A stretch of DNA of 64,000 bases, from contig OZ241892.1 in assembly GCA_965203485.1 (NCBI GenBank), positions 1,152,001 to 1,216,000 on the forward strand. The letters are read 5' to 3'. The notes beneath the pieces are model-generated. The model made no database searches. It was given only the letters and a program-made list of their open reading frames with translations, and was not told the DNA's origin. Origin of the DNA: Longimicrobiales bacterium. Its GTDB lineage: Bacteria > Gemmatimonadota > Gemmatimonadetes > Longimicrobiales > Gaopeijiaceae. Below are positions 21,301 to 28,972 of this stretch, piece by piece; the first letter of the stretch is position 1, and each line of letters starts with the position of its first letter. A program made the translations under genes and the position numbers.

Positions 21301-21813
21301 CTTGTGCAGCCGACGGTGAATCACGGCCATGGTGAGGTGCGGAGAGCCGTTGTCGTCTCGGTGCCGGAAGCAGACGACCGTGGGCATCGGGAAGATGTGG
21401 TTCACGGCTCGGGTGGAGGCGGTGAAGTAGGAGCGCGAGCGGCGCCCGGACTTCAAGTCGACGGCGAGGAACAGGAACGACTTCGCGATGCCGTCGTCGA
21501 AGTGGCTGGCCTGCGTCGAAGAAGTCGGCGGGCTGGGCCGGCCGTCGGTGATGTCGCTCGTCCGCGCAACCTCGTCGTTCGTGAACTGGAAGACGATGTC
21601 CATGTCTTCCCATTGCTCGAACGTGGCCAGCTGACCGGCGGCGAGCCTGTCCGCAGCCCGCACGTCCTCCAGAAAGACGTCGACAGAAGGGAAGTCGATC
21701 GTCCGGTCGCTGCGGTAGCCGAGCGTCCCGAGCAGGGCTTCGGTGCAATCCGCAAGCGATCCGTCGGCCAGATCTCGGAGCGCGTCTCGGATCGTCCTCT
21801 CCGCTTCGCTCAT
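18325..21813 (-). CDS. Eco57I-like N6-adenine DNA methyltransferase, copy A (1162 aa)
   Basis: TGSYYTP, VLDPACGSGAF (motif I), GFDIVIGNPPYV (motif IV); ATG 21813 aligns with the start of copy B. Confidence 0.9.
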   Translation of the reverse strand: MSEAERTIRDALRDLADGSLADCTEALLGTLGYRSDRTIDFPSVDVFLEDVRAADRLAAGQLATFEQWEDMDIVFQFTNDEVARTSDITDGRPSPPTSSTQASHFDDGIAKSFLFLAVDLKSGRRSRSYFTASTRAVNHIFPMPTVVCFRHRDDNGSPHLTMAVIHRRLHKLDADRDVLERVSLIKDVSLENPHRAHLQLLSELAFDQLIQQRKVSNFDELLEAWEAVLDTGELNRRFYADLFAWFQRATKECNFPDDGVGEGNTERHVIRLITRLLFVWFLKEKRLVPDALFEDHFARSQLKHHADDATDYYRAVLQNLFFATLNTEIRRRSFSKKDKSTHRDFTRYRYRDLLRHPDRFAERLRSVPFVDGGLFDCLDDFEHVRGGGRRIDAFTDNIDLPNHGGELSVPARLFFDEGGLFPLFRRYKFTIEENTPLDEEVALDPELLGRAFENLLASYNPETRDTARKATGSYYTPRRVVDYMVDEALVAHFRAHMRPRDGSSSGLEARLRKLVATRSADPGSPAGRQMRDDEVEPLIDAIDSMKVLDPACGSGAFPMGILQKLVSVLAKVDPDNQRWKKRQLARARDIPDPVARRDAVAAVEKSFSPERNYGDYGRKLYLIQNVIHGVDIQPIACQIAKLRFFISLVIEQQSNDDPDDNYGIQALPNLETRFVAADALIGLNGPPQRTLPNTRVKNLEEELEQVRSDWFDARTRDQKWELKKQDKRIRRLLHEALIEDDWGKDAAKLIARWNPYDQNKHACWFDPEWMFGIGDGFDIVIGNPPYVESRNSLLSPEMKDSYGEQVRRDWSESLPRGSDLLIYFYARGLRVLATDGHGCFITHNAWLSTDYGKKFQIFSLNKASFEKIVDTSGKFFSDTRSQNINAVITLFSRTPGKPIEYLVADSRMAFGVKKEIDSVSNMKWGHLIAMPDYLADALHRMSRCDDRPEKKKAIARFGQGLNFPKHALQSNRRDTPILTLTGRAAFAADDAPDRIPSSLARTEDKIPALVMPRGVGNKHYCVFNSCRAFSYSAVELYLPAELWESDLHYSLWAYMNSSLVWLYREVTGRKNLGGGLLKAEATDMKALPVDLSFDFADSARAVFDVLRKREPLPVDQEVRTDEHLAIDEMVLRFFGLEDRQESLRRDLVRQIRFRTKRAKGGV
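19453..21813. repeat. ~2.36 kb direct repeat, copy A
   Basis: Matches 23111-25471 at a constant 3658-bp offset; near-identity ends right after the NPPYV codons. Confidence 0.95.
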
Positions 21814-21841
21814 TCCGGACCTGTCCCGGTTGAGGAGACGG

Positions 21842-24800
21842 TCATGCTGACGTGACGTGCCGCCCCGGACTCGGGGAGCTACGGTCCACACCGATACGTC
21901 GCTCCACTGCCGCAACTTCCTGCGCAGTGAGCTTGTAGAGACGGTACACCAGACGATCCACTCTCTCTTCGATCTCACCGATCGCCGAGTCGTCCCCGTC
22001 TTCCTTTGCTATGTCGATCAGGAGATGGGCCAACTCGACGATGGATCGTTCGTCCTCTCTACTGAGCTTCGGCACCGGGATCGCCTCTACGATGTATTTA
22101 TTCCACTGAGGACGCCCTTTACCGGTCGTCGGTGCGATGCGGTCCACGAGCCACGACACCAGGGTGCTGTTGAGAACAGCGCACAGATAGGGGAGCGACT
22201 CTCCCGACATCACGAACACCTTGTTGTTGCAGTACATCTCGTCGTCGGAATACGCAAATCGTCCGCAGTCGGCTATTTCCATCCAAAAAAGCTTTTCGTG
22301 TCCAAAGCGGGCGTGAGTTTCGTCGCTTGGGCTAGCCTGGAGCTCATACCATGCGTTTGCGCCCGACTTCCTGGACAGGGCCCCCTTATGGCGTTGAAGC
22401 CAGGCGAACACTCCGGGATACCTCTCGATTTCGGTTCCGCGGCGCACCAGTATCAGCCACCGGTCGTTGAATCGAGCGTGCCACCGCCGAATGTCTCGCC
22501 CCTGAAGTAGCGGCTTGACGATCTCGGCTACCCCCGGGTCCTCGGCCAGCAACTGCTCCCGAGTCGCGCCGTTGATTACAAAGGCCTGATTGTAGCCGGT
22601 CTTGATGCCATTGTTCATGATGACTTTCCATTCCTTCAACGGAATGCCTACTGCCTTCTTCATCTTGTCCATGACGCCTTGCTCGATCTTCGACAGCACC
22701 ACCCACGGCTCGGCGTTGCGCGGCCGGAATCGACCCCAGTGCCGATCTTCAGGCGGGAAGTCGCCAACGTTCAAGCGATCCATGTCCACCGTCATGCATG
22801 GGCCTTCGTGTTTGCCCTCGCGCAGGATCAGAATGCTCGAGTCCACGATCGCGTTCTCAAAGACGTCCTTGCCCAGCTCGACCAGCCTAAGCGGTGCATG
22901 GTTCTCGGCAAGAAGCCGTCGCGTCGCCTTGCCGTACGCAGCCCGCAGCCAGCTGTTTGACGTGATGTAGGTCAGTACGCCTTTGCGTGCGGCGAGCAAC
23001 CGGCAACCCTTCTCGTAGAAGAGCTGGTACACGTCGCCTCTTTTCGTGAACGTGCGGTAGCCGCGAGAACCGTACAGCCTCGCAAGAACGCTCCCCTGCT
23101 TCTGTAGCTGCACGTACGGCGGATTTCCGATCACGATGTCGAAGCCGTCGCGGACGCCGAACATCCACTCCGCGTCGAACCAGCAGGCGTGCTTGTTCTG
23201 ATCGTAGGGGTTCCAGCCCGCGATCAGATTGGCGGCCTTCTTGTTCCATTCGTCTTCAGTCAGCGCCTCGTGGAGCCGGCGGCGGATCCGCTTGTCCTGC
23301 TTCTTCAGCTCCCACTTCTGGTCCCGCGTACGGGCGTCGAACCAATCGGATCTGACCTGCTCCAGCTCTTCTTCCAGGTTCTTGACTCTTGTGTTGGGGA
23401 GGGTCCGTTGCGGGGGTCCGTTCAGACCGATCAACGCATCTGCCGCGACGAAGCGGGTCTCCAGGTTCGGCAAGGCCTGGATGCCGTAGTTGTCGTCGGG
23501 ATCGTCGTTGGACTGCTGCTCGATCACCAACGAGATGAAGAAGCGCAGCTTGGCGATTTGGCAGGCGATGGGCTGGATGTCCACGCCGTGGATTACGTTC
23601 TGGATCAGGTACAGCTTGCGACCGTAGTCGCCGTAGTTTCGCTCCGGCGAGAAGCTTTTCTCCACCGCTGTCACGGCGTCCCGCCGGGCCACGGGGTCGG
23701 GAATATCCCGGGCGCGGGCCAATTGGCGTTTCTTCCACCGCTGGTTGTCGGGGTCGACCTTCGCCAGAACCGACACGAGCTTCTGAAGGATGCCCATGGG
23801 GAACGCCCCCGAGCCGCAGGCGGGATCCAGGACCTTCATGGAGTCGATCGCGTCGATCAGAGGCTCGACCTCGTCGTCGCGCATCTGGCGACCGGCTGGC
23901 GAGCCTGGATCGGCGCTCCGCGTCGCGACGAGCTTGCGGAGGCGTGCCTCGAGCCCGGAGCTGGAGCCGTCGCGGGGACGCATGTGGGCACGGAAGTGGG
24001 CGACCAGCGCCTCGTCCACCATGTAGTCCACGACGCGACGGGGCGTGTAGTAGGAGCCCGTGGCCTTGCGGGCCGTGTCGCGCGTCTCGGGGTTGTAGGA
24101 GGCCAGCAGGTTCTCGAAGGCGCGGCCCAGAAGCTCGGGGTCGAGCGCCACTTCCTCGTCCAGCGGCGTGTTCTCTTCGATGGTGAACTTGTAGCGGCGA
24201 AACAACGGGAAGAGACCGCCCTCATCGAAGAACAGCCGGGCCGGGACCGACAGCTCGCCGCCGTGGTTCGGGAGGTCGATGTTGTCGGTGAACGCGTCGA
24301 TGCGACGACCGCCGCCGCGCACATGCTCGAAGTCGTCCAGGCAGTCGAACAGGCCGCCGTCCACGAACGGAACGGAGCGGAGCCGCTCCGCAAAGCGGTC
24401 GGGGTGGCGGAGCAAGTCATGATAGCGGTATCTGGTGAAGTCTCGATGCGTGCTCTTGTCCTTCTTGCTGAAGGATCGGCGGCGTATCTCCGTGTTCAAC
24501 GTGGCAAAGAACAGGTTCTGCAGCACGGCGCGGTAGTAGTCGGTAGCGTCGTCCGCGTGATGCTTCAGCTGGCTCCGGGCGAAGTGATCCTCGAAGAGGG
24601 CGTCGGGCACTAGACGCTTCTCCTTGAGGAACCAGACGAACAACAAGCGGGTGATCAAGCGGATGACGTGCCGCTCCGTGTTGCCCTCGCCCACGCCGTC
24701 GTCGGGAAAGTTGCATTCCTTCGTCGCTCGCTGGAACCAAGCGAAGAGGTCCGCGTAGAAGCGGCGATTCAGCTCGCCCGTGTCGAGGACGGCTTCCCAC

Positions 24801-25471
24801 GCTTCAAGGAGCTCGTCGAAGTTGGAGACCTTGCGTTGTTGGATCAGCCGGTCGAACGCAAGCTCCGAGAGCAGCTGAAGATGCGCGCGATGAGGATTCT
24901 CCAGGCTCACGTCCTTGATGAGCGACACGCGCTCGAGGACGTCCCTGTCGGCGTCCAACCTGTGCAGCCGACGGTGAATCACGGCCACGGTGAGGTGCGG
25001 AGAGCCGTCGTCGTCTCGGTGCCGGAAGCAGACGACCGTGGGCATCGGGAAGATGCGGTTCACGGCTCGGGTGGAGGCCGTGAAGTAGGAGCGCGAGCGG
25101 CGTCTGGACTTCAAGTCGACGGCGAGGAACAGGAACGACTTCGCGATGCCGTCGTCGAAGTGGCTGGCCTGCGTCGAAGAAGTCGGCGGGCTGGGCCGGC
25201 CGTCGGTGATGTCGCTCGTCCGCGCAACCTCGTCGTTCGTGAACTGGAAGACGATGTCCATGTCTTCCCATTGCTCGAACGTGGCCAGCTGACCGGCGGC
25301 GAGCCTGTCCGCAGCCCGCACGTCCTCCAGAAAGACGTCGACAGAAGGGAAGTCGATCGTCCGGTCGCTGCGGTAGCCGAGCGTCCCGAGCAGGGCTTCG
25401 GTGCAATCCGCAAGCGATCCGTCGGCCAGATCTCGGAGCGCGTCTCGGATCGCCGTCTCCGCTTCGCTCAC
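21842..25471 (-). CDS. Eco57I-like N6-adenine DNA methyltransferase, copy B (1209 aa)
   Basis: Same motifs I and IV; TaqI-C-like TRD (IKTGYNQAF, GRDIRRW, YLCAVLNS). Confidence 0.92.
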   Translation of the reverse strand: MSEAETAIRDALRDLADGSLADCTEALLGTLGYRSDRTIDFPSVDVFLEDVRAADRLAAGQLATFEQWEDMDIVFQFTNDEVARTSDITDGRPSPPTSSTQASHFDDGIAKSFLFLAVDLKSRRRSRSYFTASTRAVNRIFPMPTVVCFRHRDDDGSPHLTVAVIHRRLHRLDADRDVLERVSLIKDVSLENPHRAHLQLLSELAFDRLIQQRKVSNFDELLEAWEAVLDTGELNRRFYADLFAWFQRATKECNFPDDGVGEGNTERHVIRLITRLLFVWFLKEKRLVPDALFEDHFARSQLKHHADDATDYYRAVLQNLFFATLNTEIRRRSFSKKDKSTHRDFTRYRYHDLLRHPDRFAERLRSVPFVDGGLFDCLDDFEHVRGGGRRIDAFTDNIDLPNHGGELSVPARLFFDEGGLFPLFRRYKFTIEENTPLDEEVALDPELLGRAFENLLASYNPETRDTARKATGSYYTPRRVVDYMVDEALVAHFRAHMRPRDGSSSGLEARLRKLVATRSADPGSPAGRQMRDDEVEPLIDAIDSMKVLDPACGSGAFPMGILQKLVSVLAKVDPDNQRWKKRQLARARDIPDPVARRDAVTAVEKSFSPERNYGDYGRKLYLIQNVIHGVDIQPIACQIAKLRFFISLVIEQQSNDDPDDNYGIQALPNLETRFVAADALIGLNGPPQRTLPNTRVKNLEEELEQVRSDWFDARTRDQKWELKKQDKRIRRRLHEALTEDEWNKKAANLIAGWNPYDQNKHACWFDAEWMFGVRDGFDIVIGNPPYVQLQKQGSVLARLYGSRGYRTFTKRGDVYQLFYEKGCRLLAARKGVLTYITSNSWLRAAYGKATRRLLAENHAPLRLVELGKDVFENAIVDSSILILREGKHEGPCMTVDMDRLNVGDFPPEDRHWGRFRPRNAEPWVVLSKIEQGVMDKMKKAVGIPLKEWKVIMNNGIKTGYNQAFVINGATREQLLAEDPGVAEIVKPLLQGRDIRRWHARFNDRWLILVRRGTEIERYPGVFAWLQRHKGALSRKSGANAWYELQASPSDETHARFGHEKLFWMEIADCGRFAYSDDEMYCNNKVFVMSGESLPYLCAVLNSTLVSWLVDRIAPTTGKGRPQWNKYIVEAIPVPKLSREDERSIVELAHLLIDIAKEDGDDSAIGEIEERVDRLVYRLYKLTAQEVAAVERRIGVDRSSPSPGRHVTSA
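23111..25471. repeat. ~2.36 kb direct repeat, copy B
   Basis: Near-identical to 19453-21813, with substitutions concentrated toward both ends. Confidence 0.95.
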
Positions 25472-25481
25472 TTCCTTTCGC

Positions 25482-28400
25482 TCATTGGTTGGGATTCTCC
25501 ATGATCACGAGCCACGTCACGAGTTCGAAGTCGGCGCCGGCGGCAGGACGGCGCGACCGAGCGGCAAGAGATGTCTCCCGGCGTCCGACGAACGAGCCGA
25601 TCTCCGCTTGGCGGTATGTGCTCTCGACGCTCCGGATGCAAGCGCGGATCATTCGGTCGTACTTGGCCACGTCCCGGCCGTGACGGGTTTCTCGGTCGAA
25701 TGCGCTCGCCAGCTCCGTCAGGGCCTCCGCCCGTCCCCGAGCCAGCGCGCTGAAGAGAGTCAGCGTCTGCTTGGCCTGCTTGAAGGCGTAGCGGACGCTC
25801 CCGTCGTCGCGGACGTAGGCGAGGAAGTAGGGCTGGAGGCGGTTCGGCGTTCTCCGTTCCCCGTCTTTCTGCTTGAGACAGAAGATAGCGCCGGGACGAA
25901 CGCGCGCGGGAGCCGCTTCGCCGGATTCGCCCGCGCCTCCGCCGGGAACGGGCGGAACCACGGCTTGAATGCCGAAGGGCGCGGACTCCAACGCCTCCCG
26001 GTTCTCCTGCAGGTAGTTGAGCAGGTCCACCAGGAAGTCGTCCAGGGTGAAGTCGCTCATGGAGATGCCGTCCTCGACCTCTTCCAGGTCCAGGCTCTCC
26101 TCTCGCAGGCGGCGGAGTTGCCGGTCGCGGAAGCTCAGTTCGTGCCGAACCGCCTCCTCGGCGCCGTTGGTCTTCGGCGCCAGCGGGTCGTCGGTTCCCG
26201 TCGCCGCCGCGTCCACCAGGGCCATCCGGGCCTCGACCCGGTTCTTGAGGTCCAGATAGCGGTCCAGGTCCCCGGTCGGCCAGAAGTTGGCCATGGCGAC
26301 CTGATGGTTGCGGCTGCCGATCCGGTCGATGCGTCCGAAGCGCTGCATGAGGCGGACCGGATTCCAGTGGACGTCGTAGTTCACCACCAAGTCGCAGTCC
26401 TGCAGGTTCTGGCCCTCGGAAAGGCAGTCGGTGGCGATGAGGATGTCGATCTCCTCCGCGGGCCGGGGGATCAGCTGGGCCACGGGCGCAAAGCGCGCGA
26501 GAATGCCGGCGAAGCTCGGCGAGCCGATGGTGGCGCGGTTGTCGCCGCTTCCCGTCACCAAGCCCACGTGCACGCCGAGCTCCGCGCGCGCCCACTCCGC
26601 AACGTTGCGGTACAGATAGTGGGCCGTGTCGGAGAAGGTCGTGAAGACCAGGGCTTTGCGGTTCGCTCGCCCGTCCTTGTCGGCAGGCGCCTCCGCCACC
26701 TTGTCCGCCAGCGTCCGCTTCAGCTCGGCCAGCTTGGCGTCGCGCGCCACGTCGACACGGACGACCTGCCGCAGAATCGTCCCGAAGGAGCGTCGGTCCG
26801 CCTTCAAGTCCTCCTTCCAAGCCTGCAGGTCCAGGTCGGCAAGCCTGTACCTGCGCCCTCGGCCCAGGGTGAACTCCTCGTCCTCTTCGTCGCCTCGGTC
26901 GTCTTCGTCGTCGCTGGCCAGGAGGTTGATCTGTTGGTTGCCGGGCTTTTCTATCCAGGCGTCGATGCGCTCGTCTAGCGCGTCCATTTTCGCGACGATG
27001 CGTTCCATCGTCCGCGTGAACGAGTGCACCGAACTCTCCAGCCGCTTGAGCAAGTTGACCCGCATCATTCCGATCAGCCAGCGCTCCCGGTCCCGCTGGT
27101 CGAAGTGCAACCGCTCCTTTTCGGCGTCGAGCGCCGACGTGTCCCGCACGTACTGGGAAGGCATGTACACCGCCAGGCGAAAGTCGCTGATCCGCCCGTG
27201 CAAGGCATCGTAGGACAGCTCGCCGGCGCTGTCGGTCGGCGGATGCAGGTTCACCGGCTTGGCCCGCTCCGGGAAGCCGCCGATCCGAGTCTCGACCTCC
27301 GGGTAGAAACGCCGCACGTGGTCGCGGGAGCGCGCGATGCTGACGGCGTCCAGCAACGCCAAGAAATCGGCGCCTAGCTGTTCGAGCAGCTGGGTCTTGT
27401 CCCGATGGCCCGTGGCCTTGCAGTCGTTCTCCCACTTCTGGAACGCCTTCTGCGCCACGCCGAACAAGCTTTGGACGCTCCCTATCCCGAGGCTCTCGCG
27501 GAACGCGTCCTGGCGCTTCTCGGTCATCAGGTAGATCTGATTGCGCAGGTCGCGAAGTCCCGTGTTGACGGGCGTTGCCGAGAGCATGAGCACTTTGGTG
27601 TGGACGCCGCCCCTGAGCACTTCCTCCAACAGGCGGTTGTAGCGGCTGCGACGCACCACGCGCCCGGCCTCGTCCTTCCGGTCGCGGCCTTCGTTGCGAA
27701 AATTGTGCGACTCGTCGATCACGATCAGGTCGAAGGCGCTCCAGTTGAACTTGGCCAAGTCAATGGCGTCCGACTTGCCGTGGTACCGGCTCAAGTCGGT
27801 GTGGGCAAGCACCGTGTAGCCGAACCGGTCCTCGACCAGCGGGTTGTTGTCGTAGCCCGCCCACGAGGTGTAGCGGACCCAGTTCTCCTTCAGCTTCTTG
27901 GGACAGAGCACCAGCACGCGCTCGTTGCGCATCTCGAAGAACTTGGCGACTGCCAGGGCGGTCCACGTCTTCCCCAGCCCGACGCTGTCCGCGAGGATGC
28001 ATCCGTTGTGATCGAGCAGCCGGTTGATCGCGCTCACGGCGCCGTCCCTCTGAAACCGGTAGAGCGCCTGCCAAACGGCGGTGTCGTGCAGCTGAACGTC
28101 CTGCACGAGGCCGTCCCGTTGTCCGCGTTCGTCGATCCGGTCCTTCAGGACGTGAAAGAGCGTCTTGTAGTAGAGGAACTCGGGCGAATAGTCCTTGCCC
28201 AAGCGCTCCAGCGCCGCCAGCACCTGCTCCTTCGCGTCGCGGGTAAGCTGCTCGTCGCACCAGAGAGCGTCGAACCATTCGAGCAGCCGGGCCCGGTCGG
28301 CGCCGTCGCGGACTTCGATGTTGAGCTCGATGTTGGGGTTGGCGCCGAAGCCCAGGCCGCCCCGAGTGAAGTTGGAGCTGCCCGCAAGGGCGGCGGTGTC

Positions 28401-28823
28401 GCCGTCGGCGTTCTCCACGCAGTACAACTTGCCGTACAGGAAGTTGGCCTTGCGCACGGTGCGCACCTCCACCTTCTCCTTGATCCACTGCGCGCACGCG
28501 CGAGCGAGGGGCTTCTGCGTCAGCGCGCGACGCAACTCCAGGGCGCCGTCGCGAGTGAGCCGGTAGGCTTTGTCTTCGCCCTCCGCCGGGTCCACCGAGG
28601 CCGCGCCCTCCGGCTGGCCGTAGAGGAAGCGAAGCCGTCGGAGCCCCTCCAGCTCGGTCCGAAGATCTCCGTAGGCGTAGATCGTGAAGTAGGCCGACAC
28701 GACGGAGAGCGTAGCGTCGGCTCGGAGGCGAGCCCCAAGGAACTTGCCCACGGTGCGGGCGCGGTTGTCCACGATGGCGTTCCTGTCGCGAACGGCCGCG
28801 GGCGGCCGCGGCTCCGTGCTCAT
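25482..28823 (-). CDS. PLD-domain SNF2-family helicase (restriction partner of the methyltransferases)
   Basis: PLD region SAYFT...LYGKLY...GSSNFT...NIELN; ADSVGLGKT, IDESH, LSATP, SEGQNLQ, QRFGRIDRIG. Start ATG 28823 inferred. Confidence 0.9.
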   Translation of the reverse strand: MSTEPRPPAAVRDRNAIVDNRARTVGKFLGARLRADATLSVVSAYFTIYAYGDLRTELEGLRRLRFLYGQPEGAASVDPAEGEDKAYRLTRDGALELRRALTQKPLARACAQWIKEKVEVRTVRKANFLYGKLYCVENADGDTAALAGSSNFTRGGLGFGANPNIELNIEVRDGADRARLLEWFDALWCDEQLTRDAKEQVLAALERLGKDYSPEFLYYKTLFHVLKDRIDERGQRDGLVQDVQLHDTAVWQALYRFQRDGAVSAINRLLDHNGCILADSVGLGKTWTALAVAKFFEMRNERVLVLCPKKLKENWVRYTSWAGYDNNPLVEDRFGYTVLAHTDLSRYHGKSDAIDLAKFNWSAFDLIVIDESHNFRNEGRDRKDEAGRVVRRSRYNRLLEEVLRGGVHTKVLMLSATPVNTGLRDLRNQIYLMTEKRQDAFRESLGIGSVQSLFGVAQKAFQKWENDCKATGHRDKTQLLEQLGADFLALLDAVSIARSRDHVRRFYPEVETRIGGFPERAKPVNLHPPTDSAGELSYDALHGRISDFRLAVYMPSQYVRDTSALDAEKERLHFDQRDRERWLIGMMRVNLLKRLESSVHSFTRTMERIVAKMDALDERIDAWIEKPGNQQINLLASDDEDDRGDEEDEEFTLGRGRRYRLADLDLQAWKEDLKADRRSFGTILRQVVRVDVARDAKLAELKRTLADKVAEAPADKDGRANRKALVFTTFSDTAHYLYRNVAEWARAELGVHVGLVTGSGDNRATIGSPSFAGILARFAPVAQLIPRPAEEIDILIATDCLSEGQNLQDCDLVVNYDVHWNPVRLMQRFGRIDRIGSRNHQVAMANFWPTGDLDRYLDLKNRVEARMALVDAAATGTDDPLAPKTNGAEEAVRHELSFRDRQLRRLREESLDLEEVEDGISMSDFTLDDFLVDLLNYLQENREALESAPFGIQAVVPPVPGGGAGESGEAAPARVRPGAIFCLKQKDGERRTPNRLQPYFLAYVRDDGSVRYAFKQAKQTLTLFSALARGRAEALTELASAFDRETRHGRDVAKYDRMIRACIRSVESTYRQAEIGSFVGRRETSLAARSRRPAAGADFELVTWLVIMENPNQ

Positions 28824-28972
28824 CGGACCGACACTAACCGGTCGGGCCAGTGGAGAGTCGGCGCCGACAACTTGCCTGACCGCCAAGGCGGCCAACGTGA
28901 AGAAGCGATCGCGATGCCGCGATGGCGTCGCCGAAGTCGGTCCCCGCCTTCACCGGTTTCCTCTGCTGTTGC

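Noticed and set aside
21814..21978. 55-aa N-terminal extension of methylase A
   Set aside because: Overlaps the 3' end of methylase B; homology to copy B begins at ATG 21813.
18325..25471. Invertible (shufflon-type) TRD locus or diversity-generating retroelement
   Set aside because: Repeats are direct, there is no invertase or reverse transcriptase, and differences are not restricted to adenines.
18325..28823. Calling the island DISARM or BREX
   Set aside because: No DrmA/DrmB (DUF1998), PglZ or BrxC genes are visible; only a PLD-SNF2 helicase and methylases.
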